A DNA stretch of 64,000 nucleotides from a virus: IMG/VR virus record IMGVR_UViG_3300028840_003851. The stretch is one strand, 5' to 3'. Positions 8,538-15,765 of this stretch are shown one piece after another (positions within the stretch are counted from its first letter, which is position 1; every line of letters starts with the position of its first letter). A program made the position numbers and the translations under genes. The notes beneath the pieces were generated by a model. That model was given only the letters and a program-made list of their open reading frames with translations, made no database searches and was not told the origin of the DNA.

Positions 8538-8884
8538 ATCCTAAAAGCAGAAGACGCGCATCTAAGAAGCAGGAGATAAAGCTAGCAGAAGCCGTAGGAG
8601 GAAGAGTACAGCCCGGCTCAGGGTGCGTACCCGGCTGCAAAGGAGATTTTAGGGTACCAGGTAGACTGCTAGGAGAGGCTAAGTACACAACAAAGAAGAG
8701 CTACTCAATAAAGCTTCATGACCTATTGAAGCTTAAAGCAGAGTGCCAAGGACTAGAGCAGCCAGTGTTAGCCCTGGAGTTTAAGGACGACAGCCTTAGA
8801 ACGTTGGCTAAATACGTCATCATCCCTCAGGTTTACTGGGAGGAGCTGATAGAGGAGAAAGATGGAGAAGCTGACGAAGATTGA
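8534..8884 (+). CDS. PD-(D/E)XK nuclease, Hjc-like Holliday junction resolvase
   Basis: E...A...GGRVQPGSG...KGD...EAKYTTKKSYS. Confidence 0.8.
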   Translation: MNPKSRRRASKKQEIKLAEAVGGRVQPGSGCVPGCKGDFRVPGRLLGEAKYTTKKSYSIKLHDLLKLKAECQGLEQPVLALEFKDDSLRTLAKYVIIPQVYWEELIEEKDGEADED

Positions 8885-9680
8885 GCATCTAGAGTCTATT
8901 AGCGCGGAAACGAGGATGCGGTACTTGAAGAAGGTCGACAGCCTACGGTTCAAGTACATGCGGCTCATAGAGGGGAGAACCGGTGATGTTAGGTATGATG
9001 TGCATATAGGCGGAGGTGAGCACCGAGCAGGAGGCGTGCATGCTTCCGAGGTTGGTGGGTGCCTGCGCGCGCTTACCTACGCAATCAGCTCCACAGAAAG
9101 GATACCTGGCAAGAGCAACTGCAACATGCTCATGCGATTTGCGGTAGGTCACGCGCTCCACTCTATGCTCCAGCATGACTTCCACACAATGTGCAAGGAG
9201 GATGACGAGATAGGGTTTGAGGATGAGGTGAACATAGACCCATCTATCGGAGGACCCGCAGGAACGTGGAACATACACTCCCACTGCGACGGGGTGTTCA
9301 CATTCTTCGAGAAAGGAGAGCCGTACCTGAGAGTGGGTCTAGAGATAAAGACCGCTTCGGACAAGGACTATTCCGTGACTAATGAGCCTAAGACGAAGCA
9401 CAGAGAGCAGACATGCGTGTACATGAGCTGCCTAGACCTGCCCCTAATGTGGGTACTCTACTACAACAAGAGCAACAGCAACTTTACAGGTCCTCACGCA
9501 CCTTGGTTGTACAAGTTCGACGCGCACCTGTGGCGTAAGCTAGAGAAGAGAATGTCATCAGCCACTATTCATTCTATCCGTGAGAGCCTGCCGGCAAGGG
9601 ATGAAGGGTTTGAGTGCAGCTGGTGCCCCTTCTCTTGGACGTGTGACCCGATGAGGTTGAGGAGGGTACATGCTAGATAA
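8862..9680 (+). CDS. Cas4/RecB-like PD-(D/E)XK exonuclease
   Basis: HASEVGGCLR, GHALH, HCDG, LEIKT, QTCVYM, C-terminal ECSWCPFSWTC. Confidence 0.85.
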   Translation: MEKLTKIEHLESISAETRMRYLKKVDSLRFKYMRLIEGRTGDVRYDVHIGGGEHRAGGVHASEVGGCLRALTYAISSTERIPGKSNCNMLMRFAVGHALHSMLQHDFHTMCKEDDEIGFEDEVNIDPSIGGPAGTWNIHSHCDGVFTFFEKGEPYLRVGLEIKTASDKDYSVTNEPKTKHREQTCVYMSCLDLPLMWVLYYNKSNSNFTGPHAPWLYKFDAHLWRKLEKRMSSATIHSIRESLPARDEGFECSWCPFSWTCDPMRLRRVHAR

Positions 9681-10224
9681 GGAGACAGCGGAGAGTATTG
9701 CAGAGTTCTGGGACATCGCTGATGAGATAGAAAGTGAGCTATTTGAGCAAGGGTTCAAACCTTTCCCGATGCCCAGCGTAAACGCTCCCATAGTCACATC
9801 AGACATCCTAACAACCCTAAATGACAGGGAGTACACAGCCAATTTCGCATCCATAACACAGTGGCATGCGTATACCTCAACACAGCTAGCAAGAGTTAAG
9901 GTCAGACTCTACGGGATTCAAAATGCCATGAAGCACATGGAGACCGCCATCCATGAGCTAGAGCGCGCGGCTGCAGCAGACCTAGGGTCCAAGAAGCCTA
10001 CAGCACTAGAGCTGAAGGAAGCCGTGCTGCGAGACCCTGCATACCTGAAGCAGCGGCGAAAAGAGCAGGCAGCCCTGAGCCAGAAGGAGTACCTCGAGAA
10101 CTACGTGAAGATTCTAGAGAAGGCTGGAGGAGTGTTCTCTCGACAAGTGGAGATACGAAGGCAAGAAAGAGAGCAACAGCGAGTAGACGCTAACATGCCT
10201 TTAAGGGGCGGGTACCGTAGATGA
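9670..10224 (+). CDS. Coiled-coil protein, possibly UvsY-like recombination mediator
   Basis: Helical pattern ELKEAVLRDPAYLK...LENYVKILEKAGGVFSRQVEIRR; position inside the recombination cluster. Confidence 0.55.
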   Translation: MLDKETAESIAEFWDIADEIESELFEQGFKPFPMPSVNAPIVTSDILTTLNDREYTANFASITQWHAYTSTQLARVKVRLYGIQNAMKHMETAIHELERAAAADLGSKKPTALELKEAVLRDPAYLKQRRKEQAALSQKEYLENYVKILEKAGGVFSRQVEIRRQEREQQRVDANMPLRGGYRR

Positions 10225-10811
10225 TTCACATCATCCTGCCGTACCTACCCCCTACTACTAACAACGCCTACATCACCAAAAAGAAGAGGTCAGGGGGGAA
10301 AATAGTAACGTTCCGCACGCTGTCAAAGGACGGCGCGCTTTTCAAGAGCTCGGCTACCGTAACCCTCCTATCGGGGGGTCTAGTACACATGAGAGGAAGG
10401 AAGGACAGAGCGTACGGGCTTGCGCTACTGTTTGTGTTCGAGAGCATCTACAATAGCGGATGGCCAGGAAGGACAAAAAACAGGTATAAGCGAACCGACG
10501 TCACCAATAGAGTCAAGCTTCTAGAGGATTGCGTGGCGTCTGCATCAGGAGTAGACGATAGTCAGTACTTCCCTATACTGTTGAGCAAGACAGAGGGAGA
10601 CAAGGAGTGTACGCACGTGTGGATATGGGATACAGAGGAGGAGCCTGATGGGGCCAGAAAAGCTCTACGAGCTGTTGACGCAGTGCAACATTACGGAGCT
10701 CTACCAGAGAGTGAGCCAAGCGGGAATCAGGGCGCACCCCCTGTCCACGAAGGAGGAGCTAGTGGACATGCTCCTGACCGGAAAGGCAGGAGCGGTAAAC
10801 CCCCTCGATGA
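10221..10811 (+). CDS. rusA: RusA-like crossover junction endodeoxyribonuclease
   Basis: LPYLPPTTNNAY; RTDVTNRVKLLEDCVASASGVDDSQ (RusA DxDN..K...D pattern). Confidence 0.8.
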   Translation: MIHIILPYLPPTTNNAYITKKKRSGGKIVTFRTLSKDGALFKSSATVTLLSGGLVHMRGRKDRAYGLALLFVFESIYNSGWPGRTKNRYKRTDVTNRVKLLEDCVASASGVDDSQYFPILLSKTEGDKECTHVWIWDTEEEPDGARKALRAVDAVQHYGALPESEPSGNQGAPPVHEGGASGHAPDRKGRSGKPPR

Positions 10812-11013
10812 GTGGAGAACGAACATCATGCTGTTCGTTCTCCATCACTGGGAGAAGCTAAGACCGCAGCTCGGCGGGTGTGCTGCTAGTACTAGAAGAC
10901 CAGACGCCTGCTTTTACTGCACCGACATGCAGGTAATTGCCTGCCTAGCCATCGAGAACGAGAACAACATAGAGGAGATAAGAAAGCATGGAACCCACAA
11001 AGATGACGGTTGA
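10648..11013 (+). CDS. Hypothetical protein with N-terminal HeH/Rho-N-like motif and Cys cluster
   Basis: GAGGAG RBS; ITELYQRVSQAGIRAHPLSTKEELVDMLL; C...CFYC...C. Confidence 0.7.
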   Translation: MGPEKLYELLTQCNITELYQRVSQAGIRAHPLSTKEELVDMLLTGKAGAVNPLDEWRTNIMLFVLHHWEKLRPQLGGCAASTRRPDACFYCTDMQVIACLAIENENNIEEIRKHGTHKDDG

Positions 11014-11770
11014 GACCATCCCGCGAGACCTTCAGAAGCTCATCGGCGTTCAGCCATACATCAGAGGTCGAATAGCCGGCAAGATTGGAATGTTCGGTAA
11101 GGGGGACGATAAGGAGTCCCAGATGGAGATGTACCTTGCATTCTTGGCTATGAAGGACAAGGAGCAGTCAGAGGAGCTGCTAAGAGCTCTGAATGAGTAC
11201 GACGCGGGGAAGGATGTGACGATGATGGAGTACGTGGAGCAAGAGCCTGCTAAGGTCCCCACTGCTCCCTCAGCCCCTAAGATGGCAGAGGAGAAGAAAG
11301 AAGAGCCCGCAAAAGAGCCACAGAAGAAACCGACGCAAAGCGATGAGCAGAAGCCAGCAAAGACTAGAACTAAGAGAGGCAAGGCAAACGGAAAAAGCGC
11401 TGAGCCAGTGGACCTATCCCCGCCTAAGCTTCCTCCTGGGTTCCCCACAAGCTTGCCGGAGGGGCCCGCAGACAGGCCCAAGAAGAGCTCCCCAACCCCG
11501 GGGGTGTCTCCCTCAATGATATCAGACCTCGTTGAGGAGGTGCGTAGATGCAATGAGCGGGTAGAGGAGCTCTCTGCAAAGACAGAGGAGATTAAATCCG
11601 TAGCGGGCAGCAGCATGGCCCTTCTTATGTGGACGTACTTGTCCCTGTTCAGCAACAACGAGAAGGTAAGCGTAAGCTACCTTGTTGAGTGCATAAAGGG
11701 AGTGATAGGAAGAGGGGAGCTAGAAGCCTTCATTGAGGGCACTAGAAACCACAAGCCCTCGGGAAAATAA
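10988..11770 (+). CDS. Hypothetical protein with long Pro/Lys/Glu linker; ends at a slippery site
   Basis: 260-aa ORF; last codons TCG GGA AAA TAA. Confidence 0.8.
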   Translation: MEPTKMTVETIPRDLQKLIGVQPYIRGRIAGKIGMFGKGDDKESQMEMYLAFLAMKDKEQSEELLRALNEYDAGKDVTMMEYVEQEPAKVPTAPSAPKMAEEKKEEPAKEPQKKPTQSDEQKPAKTRTKRGKANGKSAEPVDLSPPKLPPGFPTSLPEGPADRPKKSSPTPGVSPSMISDLVEEVRRCNERVEELSAKTEEIKSVAGSSMALLMWTYLSLFSNNEKVSVSYLVECIKGVIGRGELEAFIEGTRNHKPSGK

Positions 11771-11804
11771 TTGCGCCCCCCTGGCCTGGGTGCACGGCTC
11801 CAGG
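11761..11804 (+). promoter_or_regulatory. Putative programmed -1 ribosomal frameshift signal
   Basis: In-frame G GGA AAA heptamer (11761-67), short spacer, stem TGCGCCC/GGGTGCA, possible second stem CCTGG/CCAGG. Confidence 0.65.
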
Positions 11805-11964
11805 AGACGACGACCTTATTACTGCTACCAAGGACGTAGACTCCATGAACAGCGAGGAGCTGAGCGCCCTGGCCAGAGAGCTGGGGCTCATCACCAACGA
11901 CAAGCCTCCCATAGAGGTGGTAAGAAGGAGACTGAGAGAGGCGGTAATAGAATGGGAGAGGTAG
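11767..11964 (+). CDS. -1-frame extension (65 aa) ending in a HeH/Rho-N-like helix pair
   Basis: IIAPPWPGCTAPGDDDLITATKDVDSMNSEELSALARELGLITNDKPPIEVVRRRLREAVIEWER; stop overlaps the start of the 11952 gene. Confidence 0.6.
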   Translation: MIAPPWPGCTAPGDDDLITATKDVDSMNSEELSALARELGLITNDKPPIEVVRRRLREAVIEWER

Positions 11965-12266
11965 CACAATCCAGCAGCTCTGAGCTCAAAGAGGCTGCAC
12001 AGACGGAGACATGGAGGTACGGTAGATACCCTATACCGCCTGCAGAGCAGCTGTGTCCTGGGGAGCCTGAGTGGGAGCCTGGCACATCATGGTGGATGTG
12101 CCCAAGATGCGGGCATGTTGGCCGCGCTCCGTACTTCGGGCATTACGCCGCTAGAGAGCCCGTCCCGCGTAGGACGGAGAAGAAGGGATGGGGAAGAGTC
12201 GCGATGGCCGTGGCGCCATTGATAGCGGCGTTAGCAAGCCTGCTTACACTAGCGCGTAGAGGATAG
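11952..12266 (+). CDS. Zinc-ribbon protein with C-terminal hydrophobic anchor
   Basis: GAGG upstream of ATG 11952; WMCPRCGH; VAMAVAPLIAALASLLTLA. Confidence 0.7.
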   Translation: MGEVAQSSSSELKEAAQTETWRYGRYPIPPAEQLCPGEPEWEPGTSWWMCPRCGHVGRAPYFGHYAAREPVPRRTEKKGWGRVAMAVAPLIAALASLLTLARRG

Positions 12267-12270
12267 CTTT

Positions 12271-12301
12271 AAGGCGGGCTCACCCCCGCCTTTCTTTAGC
12301 T
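12271..12301 (+). terminator. Intrinsic terminator at convergent junction
   Basis: AAGGCGGG-CTCACC-CCCGCC-TTTCTTTAGCT. Confidence 0.8.
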
Positions 12302-12480
12302 ACAGAAACCACACGGGGGCTGGACCTGTTCGCATCTGACTGCTGGATGGTAGGTGATGGAAGGTCCTCCGGAGGCTCTACGAGCTCCTCCTCTGCCTCT
12401 AGAGGTCCTAAGCCGCGGCTAACCGTGAGACGCCCTAGGCCGAGCCTAAACCCCCTGGACTGGAACCCTAGAGAGCTCAT
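12280..12480 (-). CDS. Small virion-associated hypothetical protein
   Basis: ATGA-type overlap with the upstream gene; SRGFRLGLGRLTVSRGLG. Confidence 0.55.
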   Translation of the reverse strand: MSSLGFQSRGFRLGLGRLTVSRGLGPLEAEEELVEPPEDLPSPTIQQSDANRSSPRVVSVAKERRG

Positions 12481-13016
12481 ATGCTGCTAGCCGTCCTCTT
12501 AGCAGGCACACCGGTGGCGGACACGATGGCGCCATCGTTGTTGTCCCTCAGCTCCTGGTCAAGGATAGGCGTTACGTTGTCATCATCATAGGTGATGAGG
12601 CGTCCCGGAAGACCAGGCTCCTCCTCCTGACGGTTGGTGATTACCTTCCTCACCAACGACGTGTCTGCTGCGATGTCGACAATCTTAAGGATGTCGTGGT
12701 CTCCCCCCACAACACCACCACCGTCGTCTACTGAGAACTCAGCCACCAGCTCCTGTCCAGCTTGAAGGTTTAGATTGGCAACATTGATGCTTCTCTGGTA
12801 ATGCCCGCGCTCTACCTCCACCATAGGAGAGTACTTGATTGTCCACCCAGATGTCTTGAAGGTGTTGTCCGCGAAGTCCAGGTAGGAGTTAACCGTGTCA
12901 CCGTCCCTTACAGCTACTGTAGGAGACTGTCCTGTAACACCGCCACCAGGTCCTATAATGGAGCACACCAAAGGGTAGGAGGATGACGTTCTCTCTATCT
13001 CGTGCGTACTACCCAT
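12477..13016 (-). CDS. Virion structural hypothetical protein
   Basis: Abuts neighbours; beta-rich composition; in the fibre operon. Confidence 0.75.
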   Translation of the reverse strand: MGSTHEIERTSSSYPLVCSIIGPGGGVTGQSPTVAVRDGDTVNSYLDFADNTFKTSGWTIKYSPMVEVERGHYQRSINVANLNLQAGQELVAEFSVDDGGGVVGGDHDILKIVDIAADTSLVRKVITNRQEEEPGLPGRLITYDDDNVTPILDQELRDNNDGAIVSATGVPAKRTASSI

Positions 13017-13397
13017 TTACTTCTCCACTGTAGGGGGTACTCCTAAAACTCTGTCTAGTATGTACTGCTGTTCGTCCGCCGTCAGGGGCTCTCCTGCTAT
13101 CCTCTTATCCCTTATCCTATCTAGCTCTGTATTGGCCAGCGATACGGCCTCTTTCTGCGCAGCAACCTCCGCTGTGTAGGCTGCTTTACCATCCAAAAAC
13201 TCCTGTGTCGGGGAGATTAGAGTGCTCTTCTCTACGGCTAATATACTGCCATCACGTGTAAACCACACCACATGGCAGTACCCACCTACCCCTTCTACCG
13301 TTGTGTGTCTACGCTCTCTTCCTTCCTTAGCCAGCAGCTCAGCAATCTCCTTTGTAGGCTCTCCGCAATCACACGCTGTCATCGACTCTAAGCTCAT
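13017..13397 (-). CDS. Tail-fibre assembly/chaperone-like protein (paralog 2)
   Basis: AGGAG RBS; downstream of a fibre gene; shares a CxC...G..C.VV..T..G.I....LI.P pattern with the neighbour. Confidence 0.6.
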   Translation of the reverse strand: MSLESMTACDCGEPTKEIAELLAKEGRERRHTTVEGVGGYCHVVWFTRDGSILAVEKSTLISPTQEFLDGKAAYTAEVAAQKEAVSLANTELDRIRDKRIAGEPLTADEQQYILDRVLGVPPTVEK

Positions 13398-13405
13398 GTC
13401 TCCTC

Positions 13406-13747
13406 CTAATCTCCTAGCAATATAGCACAGAGCTCGCAGATGTCGTCATTTGAAAACGTCTCCTTGCTCCTAGCCTTAGCCCTCAAAGCTTCTCTACGAG
13501 CGCGCTTGCTCTCCTCTGCCGCGTTCTCATCTGCGCAGTCTTTCAACCTTGCTGCCTCAGCTACCTCATAAGCGGATGAAGGAGCTATTAGCTCCTGCGG
13601 ATGTACAATCTCTCCGCCGGGGGTAGGGACCACCACGCAACACCACACTCCATTAGCATCCTCCTGATGGGCTCTGTATGCGCCTGGCTTATCATCCAAA
13701 GATGTTATAACGTTACGCTCTGTACACTTACACTCAGTTAACGCCAT
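13406..13747 (-). CDS. Tail-fibre assembly/chaperone-like protein (paralog 1)
   Basis: GGGAG RBS; directly follows the fibre gene. Confidence 0.6.
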   Translation of the reverse strand: MALTECKCTERNVITSLDDKPGAYRAHQEDANGVWCCVVVPTPGGEIVHPQELIAPSSAYEVAEAARLKDCADENAAEESKRARREALRAKARSKETFSNDDICELCAILLGD

Positions 13748-13749
13748 GC

Positions 13750-15327
13750 CTACGCTCCCATCTTGTACAAACGTAGCTGTGTATTCGTAACCAACCCGTT
13801 GGCTACAGACGAGTACAGTACTAAGCTAGTGATGTTGGTGGAGGAGTCTGCCCACCTAGACCCAAAATGGTAATTAACAGTATTATTTGTACCCGTAGAA
13901 GCATTACCTCCTCCACATATAGAGTTCATAGCTCTATACCTACCTGTCTTAGCGTGTAAGAGCGCTCGGAACACAACCCTTTGAATCGTTGAAGGCGCTC
14001 CAGCTACTCTCATGTAGATACTGGCTCCAGCATTAACAGCAGTCTCTGTACCCTCTAGTATCGCGCACCGCTGATTTGTGGTGACATTGTTAGGGGCTAT
14101 GTAGAAGTAAGACCCTGAAGTGGAGCTAGCCACCAGGAACCCCTCTATCATGTAGTTAATGTCCACGTTACCGTTGAGCCCAGAGAACGTGTATGATGTG
14201 ACAGAGGTAGACAGCTCGACCTCTACCAGGCGTTCCCAGTGTCCAGGGTACCCCTCGTACATCAGGTCTTTCTCAGCACTCTTAGAGGCCACGTATATTG
14301 TGGGAACACCTGTGGTGGCGTTCATGTTGAGCTCGCCAGCATTCGCAGATGCGGGGCTAGAGGACGACCAGCTTATAGTTCCGTCATTGGCTATCTCTAC
14401 TATGTTTGTGCGCAGTACGTTAATATACCCTAGAGACCACGAGTGAGTAGAATCGCCTATATTTCCATAACCATCTGCGTACGGTACTATGTTGGGCGCG
14501 TTGGCCTCTGTCCCCACCCTGCAGATGATATCCCCATCGTCACCGTCACCATCGGCGCTTCCCGTAGTTAGCAGTATGTCTCCCCCGTTTGCCTGCCCCG
14601 TACCTACCTTTGAACCGCTACCGGCTTGTATCCGTACCTCACCACCATCAGCACCTATACCCCCAGACCCTACAGACGAGGACACGTAGCTGTGCCCGGC
14701 TCTAAGGCTTAGGTCTCCGCCGTAAGAGGCAACACCAGAGCCAGCATGCGCAGGTCCCGGAACGCCCCCACCAGCCCATACTACCAGGTCTCCTCCGTAC
14801 GTACTGACAGTGGTCGGGGCACCTGCAGTGCCCCCTGTAAACCCTCCGCCTCCTCCGTCGTAATCCGCACCTGACGCGTCACCCGACTCCACGCTTGCGG
14901 CATACCCATCTCCTGTGGTCGTTTCAGAGGCAATGCGTAGTGCGTGATTACGGCAGAGTAATGTGAAGTCTGGTGGGTCGTTACTATGCTCAACGAGGAT
15001 GCCTATCTTATCTGCGGAGCCCAAAGGCTCCGCAAATATCACTCTATACCCTACTCGTTCGGAGGTAGAGCTGTCTCCTGTGTACCCTCCCTGCCGTACG
15101 TACACACCAGCTAATGTGTCCCCAGCCCCCATAGCTGTATTACGGCCAGCAGTTATATCTAGCGTGGCGTCAACAACACCATAGGAGCTGAAGTTTGATA
15201 TCAGCTCTAGTCCAGTAGTAGGCGGGCCAGTTCCTACACCCAGGGAGTAAACACGAATGGAGTCGTTCTGAACGTCATGCCGCTGGTGACTTCCACCGGA
15301 TATCTTTAAGAACCGTACCTCCGCCAT
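13750..15327 (-). CDS. Gly-rich tail/head fibre-like protein
   Basis: Repeated GG.+.+.AG.G segments; C-terminal beta domain WERLVEVELSTSVTSYTFSGL... Confidence 0.8.
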   Translation of the reverse strand: MAEVRFLKISGGSHQRHDVQNDSIRVYSLGVGTGPPTTGLELISNFSSYGVVDATLDITAGRNTAMGAGDTLAGVYVRQGGYTGDSSTSERVGYRVIFAEPLGSADKIGILVEHSNDPPDFTLLCRNHALRIASETTTGDGYAASVESGDASGADYDGGGGGFTGGTAGAPTTVSTYGGDLVVWAGGGVPGPAHAGSGVASYGGDLSLRAGHSYVSSSVGSGGIGADGGEVRIQAGSGSKVGTGQANGGDILLTTGSADGDGDDGDIICRVGTEANAPNIVPYADGYGNIGDSTHSWSLGYINVLRTNIVEIANDGTISWSSSSPASANAGELNMNATTGVPTIYVASKSAEKDLMYEGYPGHWERLVEVELSTSVTSYTFSGLNGNVDINYMIEGFLVASSTSGSYFYIAPNNVTTNQRCAILEGTETAVNAGASIYMRVAGAPSTIQRVVFRALLHAKTGRYRAMNSICGGGNASTGTNNTVNYHFGSRWADSSTNITSLVLYSSVANGLVTNTQLRLYKMGA

Positions 15328-15338
15328 GACCTGTCATC

Positions 15339-15680
15339 CTAGCTAGCCCTTACAAACGTCCACCTGTCTTGGTCAAGTGTCCAACGCTGGTTTACGTCTA
15401 TACCATGGGCCTCTGCGGTTCTCTTAGCCCACTCCTGCTGCTCATGCTCCTTGTCTTGGAGCTTCTTAAGCAGCTCTGCCTGCTGAACCTTAAACTGTGT
15501 CTCCAGCGAGGCGAACTGCTGACACAGCTTAGAGTGGGTTAAGCGTAGCTCTACTATCTCGTTGCGTAGAGATAGCCCGTATGCCTTCTCTGTGTCAGCG
15601 AGAGGAACGTTGTCTATAGGTGTCTCTAGACTTCGCACTCTACTGTTACTGCTGCTCTTGCTGTTCTTCTTAGTTGCCAT
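15339..15680 (-). CDS. Coiled-coil hypothetical protein (start moved to MATKK)
   Basis: GGTGG SD before ATG 15680; coiled coil followed by AEAHGIDV. Confidence 0.7.
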   Translation of the reverse strand: MATKKNSKSSSNSRVRSLETPIDNVPLADTEKAYGLSLRNEIVELRLTHSKLCQQFASLETQFKVQQAELLKKLQDKEHEQQEWAKRTAEAHGIDVNQRWTLDQDRWTFVRAS

Positions 15681-15683
15681 GGT

Positions 15684-15758
15684 TGTCCCACCAATGTCCC
15701 ACCGTAGATAAAAGACCGTGTGAGCTGGACGGTGGGACAGAGCCCGGCCCACACGGTC
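15684..15758 (-). promoter_or_regulatory. Terminator-like stem interlocked with an anti-SD helix (pseudoknot or switch)
   Basis: GACCGTGTG/CACACGGTC plus TTTT; loop TGTCCCACCGT is complementary to two downstream GGTGGGACA copies. Confidence 0.55.
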
Positions 15759-15765
15759 AGTCTTA

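Noticed and set aside
8862-9680. CRISPR-Cas system implied by the Cas4-like gene
   Set aside because: No other cas genes or array; the context is a phage recombination operon.
11733-11951. 5' part of the ORF-track 11733..12266 protein
   Set aside because: It overlaps the 10988 gene and reads as off-frame sequence; a better start with RBS is ATG 11952, and the gap is explained by the -1 frame ORF.
15681-15752. N-terminal extension of the 15339 ORF
   Set aside because: The GTG lies inside the structured element with no SD; ATG 15680 has a GGTGG SD.
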